The notes beneath the pieces are model-generated. The model saw only the letters and a program-made list of their open reading frames with translations. It was not told the DNA's origin and searched no databases. A program made the position numbers and the translations under genes. From Candidatus Methanoperedens sp. (lineage in GTDB: Archaea; Halobacteriota; Methanosarcinia; Methanosarcinales; Methanoperedenaceae), in assembly GCA_027460535.1 (NCBI GenBank), contig JAPZAR010000022.1, positions 30,001 through 62,000 on the forward strand: a DNA stretch of 32,000 nt, given 5' to 3'. Below are positions 9,329-18,217 of this stretch, piece by piece. Position 1 is the first letter of the stretch. Every line of letters starts with the position of its first letter.

Positions 9329-9960
9329 AATGCATCAATAAAATCTACGTCTATAATATCATCTATCGTTATTACGGCACCCTGCCCTTTTGAGGCTTGC
9401 CCCGGATTCACGACAAGCGTCCCGTTCACATTAACTGACCCTCGGGCTTCATGGATATGTCCGCAAACTACGAGGTCAAATCTTCCCAGGAACCTCGCTA
9501 ATGTTTCACAGCCAACATTTCCGACAGGCAATTTATCTGTTGTATTTAGCGGAGGGGCATGTGACACCAGAATAACCCTGTTGTTTCCTTTTAATCTGCT
9601 CAATAATGTGCCTATGCATTCGCCAATTTTCTTTTCGGAGAGTTCAAAAGGCGTATTAAAAGGCGTAGGATTTGAGCCGCCCAGACCGATAAAAGTCAAA
9701 TCGCCAAAATTGTGGCTTGAATTATGGAGGTTTATGGCATTCTCTTCCAGGATTTTTAGGATTGAGGGGTTGTCGCAGTTCCCGGGCACTGCTAAAACCG
9801 GTTCCTTGAACATTTTCAACAGTTCAAGCGCATCCTCATCCGGTCCGAAATCCGTTAAGTCGCCTGCGATAAGCACGGCATCAATATCCCCGGCCTTGTT
9901 GCGAAGAGCTCCGACATGAGAATAATCGCCGTGAAAGTCTGATAGTGCCAGAAGTTTCAT
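9325..9960 (-). CDS. Metallophosphoesterase (calcineurin-like, YfcE/COG2129-type)
   Basis: Motifs seen are LSDFHGD, AGDLTDFG, GNCD, SHAPP and GHIHE. Its stop overlaps the cooC start in an ATGA junction (9325-9328). Confidence 0.8.
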   Translation of the reverse strand: MKLLALSDFHGDYSHVGALRNKAGDIDAVLIAGDLTDFGPDEDALELLKMFKEPVLAVPGNCDNPSILKILEENAINLHNSSHNFGDLTFIGLGGSNPTPFNTPFELSEKKIGECIGTLLSRLKGNNRVILVSHAPPLNTTDKLPVGNVGCETLARFLGRFDLVVCGHIHEARGSVNVNGTLVVNPGQASKGQGAVITIDDIIDVDFIDAL

Positions 9961-10189
9961 AGGATACCATTGTTATTTTTCTGAAAGTATTCCAGGAGTC
10001 TATTCAAGGCTCTGGAACCCCGCTATAGATGATATTCTGACCCTTGCCTCTGATAATAGCATAGCACCGTTTCTGCATAATTATGATACAACACTTACCT
10101 GAACAGTATTAAATCTTGTCCGTTTTCGGCGAGAAACCCGACGACGGGACGTTGAACTATGATTTCGTCCATGGCTGAATCTATTCAGT

Positions 10190-10777
10190 CTATTCGTTCA
10201 TCCAGTGCTCCCCTTCGCTGTCGTGAACGCATATGGTCCCTTTTCCTCCAGGCTTGAACCCCCTGAACCTTTCAATAAGTTTAATAGATTCTTTGATCTC
10301 AATGATATATCGCTCTTTCAGCGGGCCCGCTAATTTCCTACTTTCTTTATCACTAATATCGCCACCTATTCCTTCGCATTCAGAGACCATCAGGCGCCCA
10401 TCCAGCAAATAGAAAGGATAGGTCTGACAGATATACGGCCTGCTTTCATAGATCTCGCATAAACCCTTTATCAAGAAAATACAATCCCCTTTGCTCCTTA
10501 GAATCCATTCAAAAGTGTGGATATTTCCATCCGCATCCCTGTCTTCTGAAGGTGTGGGGATTACAATATCTTCAGGCTTCATCCCCGTTTTCCTGCATAT
10601 TTGCCGTATTTCGAATGGAAAGACGGCCACAGTATTATCACCGTATTCCACTCTGCAACAACGGGCGCATCCCTGGCACTTGAACCCAATGGCTTCTATT
10701 TCATCCGCAAGGCGAATCTCATCCATTTTAAGAGCTTCGTCAAGGGCCCTTTTCAGGTGACCTAATCTATCCTTCAT
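10190..10777 (-). CDS. YkgJ-family cysteine-cluster protein (CxxCxxCC, putative Fe-S/Zn protein, COG0727)
   Basis: It has FKCQGCARCCR near the N-terminus and a second Cys set (GDCIFL...GLCEIYESRPYICQTYPF) typical of the family. Confidence 0.7.
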   Translation of the reverse strand: MKDRLGHLKRALDEALKMDEIRLADEIEAIGFKCQGCARCCRVEYGDNTVAVFPFEIRQICRKTGMKPEDIVIPTPSEDRDADGNIHTFEWILRSKGDCIFLIKGLCEIYESRPYICQTYPFYLLDGRLMVSECEGIGGDISDKESRKLAGPLKERYIIEIKESIKLIERFRGFKPGGKGTICVHDSEGEHWMNE

Positions 10778-10860
10778 TGTTTTCCAGTAATACTATCCAA
10801 TTTACACGCTGTCAGGGTGGTCGAATGAGAAGAACTATTAGCTCAATAGTTTTTTTATGA

Positions 10861-11379
10861 TCATCCCATTTTCTTGGCAGCAAGTTCTATTGCCGCTATC
10901 AGGCTGTCCCTTGGCATGATCGTAGCAACAGGTATGCGGAGCACCTTTTCGACCGTTGTGCTCACTATTGGCGCGCATACAAGCGCTTTCGCCCCGTCCC
11001 TTTCTGCTTTGATCGCGGCAACGATGGCATCTTCCATTGAGGTAGCCGAGTATTCCCGGATCGTCAGGAGCTTGCCTCCGACCTTTAGTTTTTTCTCGCT
11101 GATGTAATCAAGCACAGGACGGGCTGCGATTACAGCTATGAACTCTGTCTTTTGTGTCCCTTCCAGTTTCCTGAGAACCGAGACGATCTGCCTGAGAGTC
11201 TTGATATTGGGCTCCCGGTGTCCGGACAATAATTTATAGATGGTGCTTGGGGGTATGCCTGATTTTTCACTGAATTCAGCGGCTGTGATGCGCAGTTCGT
11301 CTTTAATTATCCTTCCAAATTCCCTGATAAAAGCCTCATCCGATTCAATAGCCGCTCTTATGAGGTCATCTGCTGTCAT
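10861..11379 (-). CDS. XRE-type HTH transcriptional regulator with an uncharacterised C-terminal alpha/beta domain
   Basis: The HTH segment reads ITAAEFSEKSGIPPSTIYKLLSGHREPNIKTLRQIV. The gene is transcribed divergently from the ABC importer at 11500. Confidence 0.65.
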   Translation of the reverse strand: MTADDLIRAAIESDEAFIREFGRIIKDELRITAAEFSEKSGIPPSTIYKLLSGHREPNIKTLRQIVSVLRKLEGTQKTEFIAVIAARPVLDYISEKKLKVGGKLLTIREYSATSMEDAIVAAIKAERDGAKALVCAPIVSTTVEKVLRIPVATIMPRDSLIAAIELAAKKMG

Positions 11380-11499
11380 CTTATCACGATCGTATATACT
11401 GAATTTATTATTAATACATTTGGGTTATTGCAGGTATATATAAGGAAACGTTTAATATTGCGTTTGTAAAGATAATATTAATTATTAAAGAGGAAAATC

Positions 11500-12594
11500 A
11501 TGAAAAGTTCATTAATGATCCTACTTTTCCTTATTCTGGCAGTGTTCACAGCCGGATGCGTTGAAAGTAATAAAGTCCAGGAACAGCCCATCAACCTCGT
11601 GAAAATGGGCGGACAGGATGTGGTGCAGCGATTGGGGACCGGTGAAATTGCAGGGTTCATATACTGGGAACCCTACCCCTCGATAGCTATAACCAAAGGA
11701 TACGGGAAAGCCCTGTTATACTCAGGCAACATATGGGCAGGACATCCCTGCTGTGTAGTCGCATACAATTATAACTGGCATAAGAACACGAAAAATGCAG
11801 ATGAGATACTCAAAAGGGTCGCACTGATACAACTGAGATCGGTAGATTATATCAATAAAGCTAAGAGCCCGGCTTCGCCGGACCATGAGGAATTGATAAA
11901 CTTTTCAATGGAATTCGGAGGGCTCACAGACCGCAAGGCTGCGAACATGAGCATCAACGATGTGGAATTCGTGTACAGGAACGATATACCGGGAGATACC
12001 GACTTTATCAAGAGGATACAGGATTTTGGTATTTTTGATCCGGCAAAATGGAACCAGTCAGGATATAAGAACGCATCCGATTACGCAAATTCACTGGTTG
12101 CCAGCCAGTATGTTGAATGGGCAGAACAGAATAAAAATACGAATCTCACCGATATAGCACTGAAAGAGCCGGTCACTATCCGTTACGGCTATCTCATCAA
12201 TGATATTCATGAATTGCCTTTCTACGTGGCCTGGAAGAAAGGCTGGTATAAGGATGCAGGAATAAATATAACTCTTGCAGAAGGAGCCCCTTTCCAGAAT
12301 GGAGCATTCGAGATGCAGAAAGGCTTTAAAGCCGGCACAGTGGATGTTGGCAGCCTGGGCATACCACCGGTCATCATTCACAGGATAAACAGCAATGATT
12401 TCACCATAGACGATGCCCGCGTGGGCGTGATAGCCGGTATGAACGACGAAGGTTCGGTGATCGTGGTAGCCAATAATATTACATCAATGAAAGATCTGAG
12501 GGGAAAGACCGTTGGATACCCGGGGCCGGGTACGATCCAGCATGTTCTTTTCCTGATGGCGGCTGATAAAGAAGGAATTAAGGTAGCTACCTGA
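11500..12594 (+). CDS. NitT/TauT (NMT1/SsuA-like) ABC transporter substrate-binding lipoprotein, apparently circularly permuted
   Basis: The signal peptide carries a lipobox (VFTAGC). Segments that are C-terminal in the SsuA/NMT1 family (GEIAGFIYWEPYP...) come first, and the family's N-terminal segments (VTIRYGY...PFYVAWKKGWYKDAGINI...VDVGSLGIPPVI...LRGKTVGYPGPGT) come last. A GAGGA SD lies upstream. Confidence 0.8.
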   Translation: MKSSLMILLFLILAVFTAGCVESNKVQEQPINLVKMGGQDVVQRLGTGEIAGFIYWEPYPSIAITKGYGKALLYSGNIWAGHPCCVVAYNYNWHKNTKNADEILKRVALIQLRSVDYINKAKSPASPDHEELINFSMEFGGLTDRKAANMSINDVEFVYRNDIPGDTDFIKRIQDFGIFDPAKWNQSGYKNASDYANSLVASQYVEWAEQNKNTNLTDIALKEPVTIRYGYLINDIHELPFYVAWKKGWYKDAGINITLAEGAPFQNGAFEMQKGFKAGTVDVGSLGIPPVIIHRINSNDFTIDDARVGVIAGMNDEGSVIVVANNITSMKDLRGKTVGYPGPGTIQHVLFLMAADKEGIKVAT

Positions 12595-13400
12595 TGAAAG
12601 CAGGTTCTGGCGGAAAAGGATTAATCATTAATATCCTTTCCCTTATCGGTTTCTTGCTGCTGTGGTATGTCCTGGTCATACTGGCAAGGAATGATATTTT
12701 CAACATCCCGTTCATGCGCCTGCGGGATGTGCCGACCCCGCTTGAAACATGGTATGCGCTCATAGGTTCGTTATTCACAAGGATTTACGGTCCATCCTTT
12801 ACGTATGGTATCCTTGAACATACGGGCGCCAGTCTTCAGCGGGTTATAGAGGGAGGGATCATTGCTTTTATAGTAGGGGTCCCGTTAGGTATCGGCGTAG
12901 GATATTCAAAGCTGGTAGGCAATATCCTTAATCCCATAATCGAAATCGTACGCAACATGCCGCCCATGGCATGGATACCTCTTGCAATATTCATACTTGT
13001 GACAGGTGGTTCGATCTTCATCGTTTTTATTGGAATGGTTTTCCCCATAATCCTCAATACGGTATATGGGGTAAAATCTACCGACCCAAGATTGATCGAC
13101 GCAGCGAAGACGCTCGGTGCATCGGAATCAAAAATTGTGACAATGGTGGTCATACCTTCAGCCCTCCCATCCATAATAGCCGGTCTGCGTATCGGATTGG
13201 GTGTGGGATGGATGGCCATCGTGGCAGCTGAAATGGTTATCAGAAGCCCGATCGGTCTTGGTTATTTCATCTGGAACATGGGGGACCTCGGGCGGTATGC
13301 CGAAATGGTAGCTGGAATGATCGTGATCGGGGTGATCGGATACCTGATGAATGGCAGCATAATCCTTTTTCAGAAGAGGTTCATTAAATGGGTAGATTGA
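12594..13400 (+). CDS. NitT/TauT-family ABC transporter permease
   Basis: It has six TM segments and an EAA-like loop (IDAAKTLGASESKIVTMVVIPSALPSIIAGLRIGLG). The ATG overlaps the SBP stop codon (TGATG). Confidence 0.85.
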   Translation: MKAGSGGKGLIINILSLIGFLLLWYVLVILARNDIFNIPFMRLRDVPTPLETWYALIGSLFTRIYGPSFTYGILEHTGASLQRVIEGGIIAFIVGVPLGIGVGYSKLVGNILNPIIEIVRNMPPMAWIPLAIFILVTGGSIFIVFIGMVFPIILNTVYGVKSTDPRLIDAAKTLGASESKIVTMVVIPSALPSIIAGLRIGLGVGWMAIVAAEMVIRSPIGLGYFIWNMGDLGRYAEMVAGMIVIGVIGYLMNGSIILFQKRFIKWVD

Positions 13401-14152
13401 TATTGGAAAAGGTATCCAAGAGGTTCAATAATTTCCTTGCGGTTGATGATCTGAATTTTGAGGTCAGGGATGGAGAGTTCGTATGCCTCCTGGGTCCAAG
13501 CGGATGCGGCAAAACCACGATCCTGCGAATGGCTGCAGGACTTGATTCCCCGACTGAAGGAGAGATGCATCTCGATGGGAAAAAAATCGTGGGCGCCAAT
13601 AAGGACTGCGGTTTCGTGTTCCAGGAATATGCGCTTTTCCCATGGAGGACGGCAAGAGGTAATATCGAGTTCGGGCCGCAGGTGAAAGGATTATCAAAAG
13701 ATGAATGTGAGCAGATTTCACGGCATTATATAGACCTTGTAGGGTTGAATGGGTTTGAGAATCATTATCCTCATGAACTTTCAGGAGGAATGAAACAGAG
13801 GGTAGGAATAGCGCGGGCGTATGCAAATAAACCCAAGCTCTTATTGATGGATGAACCTTTTGGGGCTCTCGATGCCCAGACAAGGAATATCATGCAGGGG
13901 GAGCTTCTCAGGATATGGGAGAACGAGCACATAAGCGTACTGTTCGTAACGCACAGCGTTGACGAAGCGGTTTACCTTGCCGACAGGGTGATAGTGCTGT
14001 CGGCCCGCCCCGGCATGGTAAAGGAGATTTTTGATATCTCTCTTCCTCGTCCAAGAATACGGACAGGCATGGAAGCCAATATCATGCGTGATCTTATACT
14101 CAAATCGCTTGGCGCGGAAATAAGCAGGGCTATTGCGATAAATCCGCCGTAA
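13388..14152 (+). CDS. NitT/TauT-family ABC transporter ATP-binding protein
   Basis: Walker A is GPSGCGKTT, the Q-loop is present, the signature is LSGGMKQRV, Walker B is LLLMDEPFGALD and the H-loop is VTHS. It overlaps the permease gene by 13 nt. Confidence 0.9.
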   Translation: MGRLILEKVSKRFNNFLAVDDLNFEVRDGEFVCLLGPSGCGKTTILRMAAGLDSPTEGEMHLDGKKIVGANKDCGFVFQEYALFPWRTARGNIEFGPQVKGLSKDECEQISRHYIDLVGLNGFENHYPHELSGGMKQRVGIARAYANKPKLLLMDEPFGALDAQTRNIMQGELLRIWENEHISVLFVTHSVDEAVYLADRVIVLSARPGMVKEIFDISLPRPRIRTGMEANIMRDLILKSLGAEISRAIAINPP

Positions 14153-14198
14153 AACAAAACCGAAATGATTAATAGTTGTTAATTAATCTTAGTCGGGC

Positions 14199-14801
14199 GT
14201 GAGAGAATTAAGCGGGTGTGAAACGGCAGTATCGCCGGTTATCGGCGTGTCTCTGCTCGTGGGTTTGACGGTCATAATGGCTTCAATTATCGCTTTATCC
14301 GTATTAAGTGTTTCAGGGTTATATCCTTCCAAGATCCCGCCGGAAGCCAGGATCTTAGCGACGGAAGCAAAAGGTGACCTGGATACACTATATAAGAATT
14401 GCATAGTGTTAAGACACAGGGGTGGAGATTTTCTTTATGAGAACAATACTAGAATTATCATTGCAGGGAAGGGTTATACATATTCAGGAAGCGACCCTTA
14501 CCTCTCGGCAAAGGACATGGTTGTTACTTACAGGGACATTTCAGGGGATAATTACGGTGGCGTAGATGGGAATAATACTGGGGAAATAGTGGATGGGGTT
14601 TCCTGGGATGCCGGCGAAAGTATATCATTATGCGGATCGGATGGACGGAACATAGGCAGCCCTTTAGAGAATGTGGACCAGGGCAATACAGTTGACAGTA
14701 AATGGAAATTGGAAGCAGGCTCAACGGTTTCAATTACGGTCGTAGATACTCAAACAAACCAGATAATAGCCTTTTCGCAACTTGTAGTTAAACCCGGCTA
14801 A
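14199..14801 (+). CDS. Archaeal type IV pilin N-terminal-domain (DUF1628-type) protein
   Basis: The class III signal peptide-like N-terminus contains the family signature AVSPVIGVSLLVGLTVIMASIIA, followed by the LRHRGGD motif typical of this family. It has a GTG start. Confidence 0.7.
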   Translation: MRELSGCETAVSPVIGVSLLVGLTVIMASIIALSVLSVSGLYPSKIPPEARILATEAKGDLDTLYKNCIVLRHRGGDFLYENNTRIIIAGKGYTYSGSDPYLSAKDMVVTYRDISGDNYGGVDGNNTGEIVDGVSWDAGESISLCGSDGRNIGSPLENVDQGNTVDSKWKLEAGSTVSITVVDTQTNQIIAFSQLVVKPG

Positions 14802-14929
14802 GTCCTATCAGTATCCTCGCTTCCGCACTGCGGGCATGGGATCGGGACAAAGTTCGGGTCTGCCTCAAAGACAAAGCCGCACACCATACACCTGAAGAAC
14901 ACAGCAGACTGGTTGACCTCTTCTTCCAT
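14798..14929 (-). CDS. Small zinc-ribbon/rubredoxin-like protein (43 aa), absent from the ORF track
   Basis: My own translation is MEEEVNQSAVFFRCMVCGFVFEADPNFVPIPCPQCGSEDTDRT, with two CxxCG knuckles 14 residues apart. It starts 19 nt downstream of the aminopeptidase stop on the same strand. Confidence 0.55.
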   Translation of the reverse strand: MEEEVNQSAVFFRCMVCGFVFEADPNFVPIPCPQCGSEDTDRT

Positions 14930-14948
14930 ATATTATATATATAATATC

Positions 14949-15875
14949 TTAACTTAAAATAAATTTTTCGCCATCCACGAAAACAAGGGGTTTCAGGATT
15001 ATGCCATCAAGATGTATTCCGGCGATCACATCTCCGCCAAATGTACTGTTATCCTCCATGGCAATATGCACGGTACCACCCACCTTTTCATCCTCAAGCA
15101 CATTGCCGATAAGACGCGCTTGCGGGTTGATACCTATGCCGAATTCAGCTATATTGCGTCCTTTTTTCCCTACTGGATCAAGGATAGCGTTCAATTTTTC
15201 TGCATACTTACCTCTGATATCCGTCACATACCTGTTGTTGACCGAAATTTCAAGAGGTGAATCAAGGATGCCAAGGCCGCTCATGGAACCATCGACCACA
15301 AAAACGCCATTCGCATCCTTTGGGGCGATATAGAGCTCCCCGGCAGGAAGATTGCTATGGCATCCTTTTTCCTTGCACAAGCCCGTGTCCATCATCCAGG
15401 TGCATCCCTCTACGTTAAATACAATATCCGTGCCCGATTCGGTAACAACCCTTACCTTTCGGGCATTTTCAAGCTGCTTATTCAATCCAATTGCTATATC
15501 GTTTATCTGGTTATAATCTGCTGTGATTCCTCCTTCTATCATCATTTTCTCCGTTATTCCAGGCATTGAAGCGATCCTCGCACCCGCCTTACAGGCATTG
15601 ATCTTAGCCTGGGTGTGGGTGAGAGAAAAGGTGGTTGGGGCGATCACCACATCAGCATTCTTCATGGCTTCTCCGATAACAACAGGCGGCTCTTCCCCGT
15701 GGCGGGTCCTTGGAAGCATTTTCATGAGCATAACCTCGCAGCCGAGAGTTTTAGCAGCTTCGAAAAGGCTTGTGGCTATAGATTCCGGGGTTAATGTATC
15801 CACTATGATCAGGACGCTCTCCTCTCTTTTTACGCCATAGCATTCCATTACCTTAAGTGCGCCTTGTTGTATCAT
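14949..15875 (-). CDS. M29-family (AmpS/aminopeptidase T-like) aminopeptidase
   Basis: It is colinear with COG2309-type proteins (ESVLIIVD...ADVVIAPT...LPAGELYIAP...GTVHIA). The call is at family level only. Confidence 0.65.
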   Translation of the reverse strand: MIQQGALKVMECYGVKREESVLIIVDTLTPESIATSLFEAAKTLGCEVMLMKMLPRTRHGEEPPVVIGEAMKNADVVIAPTTFSLTHTQAKINACKAGARIASMPGITEKMMIEGGITADYNQINDIAIGLNKQLENARKVRVVTESGTDIVFNVEGCTWMMDTGLCKEKGCHSNLPAGELYIAPKDANGVFVVDGSMSGLGILDSPLEISVNNRYVTDIRGKYAEKLNAILDPVGKKGRNIAEFGIGINPQARLIGNVLEDEKVGGTVHIAMEDNSTFGGDVIAGIHLDGIILKPLVFVDGEKFILS

Positions 15876-15951
15876 TTTTGACCTCCGCGGAGCCTATGAA
15901 AATACCCTTGATTATTAATCTGCGTTTATCTATGTTTATCCGCGGTTTTTA

Positions 15952-17229
15952 TCAAACTGTCCTAGGGTCTTTGATCTCTCCGTAAAGCGCGCTCGCCGCC
16001 GCAGTTGCCGGGGATGAGAGATACACAAAGGCATCTGGGCTTCCCTGCCTTCCTTTGAAATTCCTGTTCGATGTTGACAGCCCGACCTCGCCTTTGCCAA
16101 GTAGGCCGAAAGAACCACCCATGCAAGGTCCGCAGCATGGCGATTCAACTATGGCCCCGGCTTCCATGAACTGCTCGACATATCCGGCCCTTAGAGTTTT
16201 CACATACTCGGTATGAGAGGCGGGTATTATCAATAGGCGAACACCCTTTGCGACTTTTTCACCTTTCATTAGCTTGGCGACTATTTCCATATCTTCGAAC
16301 CTCCCATTGGTGCATGAACCCACGAAGACCTGATCCACCTTTGTTCCCTCCACCTCTTCCACTGATTTCACATTATCCACATTATGCGGGCATGCTACCT
16401 GTGGCGGCAGGTCGGAAATATCGTATTCCCCGGTCTCTGCGAAATTTGCCTCAGTATCGCTCTTCCACCGCGGATCGAGTTTAAAATCCTTCACCCTTTC
16501 ACGGAGATATTTCTCAGTTATCCTGTCAGCCTCCACGATACCGGCTTTCCCGCCCATCTCAATGGCCATATTGCACATGGTCATCCTCCCCGGGATATCC
16601 ATATTTCTCACTGCTGAACCGCAGAACTCCGCTGTCTTATATCTTGCCCCTTCAGCCCCCACATCGCCTATGAGATGCAGAATGATATCCTTGGGATATA
16701 CACACCTGGGAAGCTTCCCATTAACTTCAAACCTGAAAGTCTCAGGCACGCGGAACCAGAGCTTGCCTGTGGCAAAAACGAACGCCATGTCAGTGCTGCC
16801 AATACCTGTGGAGAAGGCCCCGAGGGCGCCATAAGCGCATGTATGCGAATCTGAACCAACAATGAGGTCGCCCGGTCTGACATGTCCTTTCTCCGGCATA
16901 ACCTGGTGACAAACGCCTTCAAACACATCATAATTCAGGATCCCCTGCTCTTTTGCGAACTCGCGCAGAAAAATGTGGTTTGCGGCTGCATTCAGTGAAT
17001 CCGCCGGCACCTGGTGATCAAAAAGGATCACGATCTTTTCAGGGTCCCATACTTTCTGCTTTTTTTTCCCTTTTACGATCTCCCGGAAACCTTCGACAGC
17101 GAGAGGGCCGGTAATGTCGTGTGTCATGGCACAGTCAATATTGGCAAGTACAAAATCTCCCGCATTTACTTTCTTACCGGAAGCTTTCGTGAAGATCTTT
17201 TCTGAAACCGTTTGAGGCATAAGCCTCAT
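15952..17229 (-). CDS. Aconitase-family dehydratase large subunit, archaeal type (3-isopropylmalate dehydratase LeuC or homoaconitase HacA)
   Basis: It carries QTVSEKIF..., [17 protein letters not shown] and the Fe-S ligand region VGSCTNGR...CGPCMG, at about 420 aa. The start may be the second ATG (MPQT...). LeuC and HacA cannot be told apart by eye. Confidence 0.85.
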   Translation of the reverse strand: MRLMPQTVSEKIFTKASGKKVNAGDFVLANIDCAMTHDITGPLAVEGFREIVKGKKKQKVWDPEKIVILFDHQVPADSLNAAANHIFLREFAKEQGILNYDVFEGVCHQVMPEKGHVRPGDLIVGSDSHTCAYGALGAFSTGIGSTDMAFVFATGKLWFRVPETFRFEVNGKLPRCVYPKDIILHLIGDVGAEGARYKTAEFCGSAVRNMDIPGRMTMCNMAIEMGGKAGIVEADRITEKYLRERVKDFKLDPRWKSDTEANFAETGEYDISDLPPQVACPHNVDNVKSVEEVEGTKVDQVFVGSCTNGRFEDMEIVAKLMKGEKVAKGVRLLIIPASHTEYVKTLRAGYVEQFMEAGAIVESPCCGPCMGGSFGLLGKGEVGLSTSNRNFKGRQGSPDAFVYLSSPATAAASALYGEIKDPRTV

Positions 17230-17259
17230 GATAGCATGAAATTATTTAATCCTTTGGCA

Positions 17260-18162
17260 TTAAAGCAGGGGTGTGCCGGCCATCAGGGTTCCTGCCAGGT
17301 ATCCCAGGATCACGCCGCCGTTGAGGAACGGCAGACCTGCCTGGGGTTTGCCTTTCATAACGAACGTCATAAGCACCGCAAAACCCACGAAAGTCCCGAT
17401 AACAGCCCCGATCGCGGGCAAATTAACTTGTCCGATAAGCGGGAGTGTTGTTGCCGCGACAAAGTGGTAGGCGGATACAACGAGCAATGTAGGCATCACT
17501 GCATCCCCCAGCCCCATAAAGAAAGCCTCTCGTTCCTCTTTATCAAACTTTTCGGTGAGAAAGGAATATTTCCAGTGCTTAGGTATAACTAGCAAAATGG
17601 GAAGTCTCAGGTCCATAACGCCTTCTGCAAGCGCAATCATATGCTTTGTCCTGTACACCGCTATATAGTCATAAATAGCAAGCAGAACAAGCAAAAGCAA
17701 TGTTGGACCGATAGCAAGGGAAATTCCGAACATCGAAGCTGCGCCTGCACCGATTATCACCCCGACGATATCAATCACGTACCATTCAGGGAATTTATAG
17801 AGAACAATAGTAAGACTTATGGAAAGTACAATGGTTAGAAGGAAATTGATGCCCGGAGTCAGCAAAGAGGAGAAAAGAGCATAGAAAACATAAAACAGGG
17901 TTGAAACAACTGTTAGGAAGATGAAAGCCTGGATTACCCATTTTTTTTTCATCCTGATGATAAGAAAAATGAATGCAGTAAAAATGAGGATTATAGCGAT
18001 CCACAAAATAACGTTGCTTGTAGCTTCAGGGTTGGAAAATGCCCTGAAGTCATTCCTGTCCAGAGGTTCGCTCAATGCGACCGCAATCAACTGAACAAGG
18101 AGAAGCACGAATCCCATGCCAATGAACGGAATATAGTTTGTTAATTTCAAATTTATCTCCAC
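17260..18162 (-). CDS. Archaeal presenilin/signal-peptide-peptidase homolog (A22 intramembrane aspartyl protease)
   Basis: It is 300 aa with about 9 TM segments. The catalytic YD (LLAIYDYIAVY) and GxGD (FMGLGDAVMP) motifs are present. The PAL-like motif reads PFL (QAGLPFLNGG). Confidence 0.8.
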   Translation of the reverse strand: MEINLKLTNYIPFIGMGFVLLLVQLIAVALSEPLDRNDFRAFSNPEATSNVILWIAIILIFTAFIFLIIRMKKKWVIQAFIFLTVVSTLFYVFYALFSSLLTPGINFLLTIVLSISLTIVLYKFPEWYVIDIVGVIIGAGAASMFGISLAIGPTLLLLVLLAIYDYIAVYRTKHMIALAEGVMDLRLPILLVIPKHWKYSFLTEKFDKEEREAFFMGLGDAVMPTLLVVSAYHFVAATTLPLIGQVNLPAIGAVIGTFVGFAVLMTFVMKGKPQAGLPFLNGGVILGYLAGTLMAGTPLL

Positions 18163-18217
18163 GCATAATACGGGAGGAAGTTTTTAAAAGTTTGCACAGA
18201 AAATCCCGGTCAGAATC

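Noticed and set aside
8691-9341. A 216-aa plus-strand ORF (and 8224..8673, 8633..8977) overlapping cooC/radB
   Set aside because: It is antisense to two genes with unambiguous family motifs. The products are Ser/Pro/Thr-rich and of low information, so these are typical shadow ORFs.
10020-10110. A possible C/D-box sRNA (ATGATA...CTGA pairs) in the phosphoesterase/YkgJ intergenic region
   Set aside because: The boxes are degenerate (ATGATA rather than RUGAUGA). The box spacing is about 10 nt rather than the archaeal ~12 nt. No terminal stem or kink-turn pairing is evident.
10159-10257. Short ORFs in the same intergenic region (32 aa on plus; 25 aa on minus at 10097..10174)
   Set aside because: They have no SD and no recognisable motif. 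One runs antisense into the YkgJ gene. Evidence is insufficient.
11380-11499. A riboswitch upstream of the ABC importer (TPP-like), and likewise upstream of ribK/ribB (FMN) and cbiM (cobalamin)
   Set aside because: The leaders are short (about 120 nt or less, or A/T-rich). I could not find the conserved cores of these riboswitch classes, and they are rare or unknown in this archaeal lineage.
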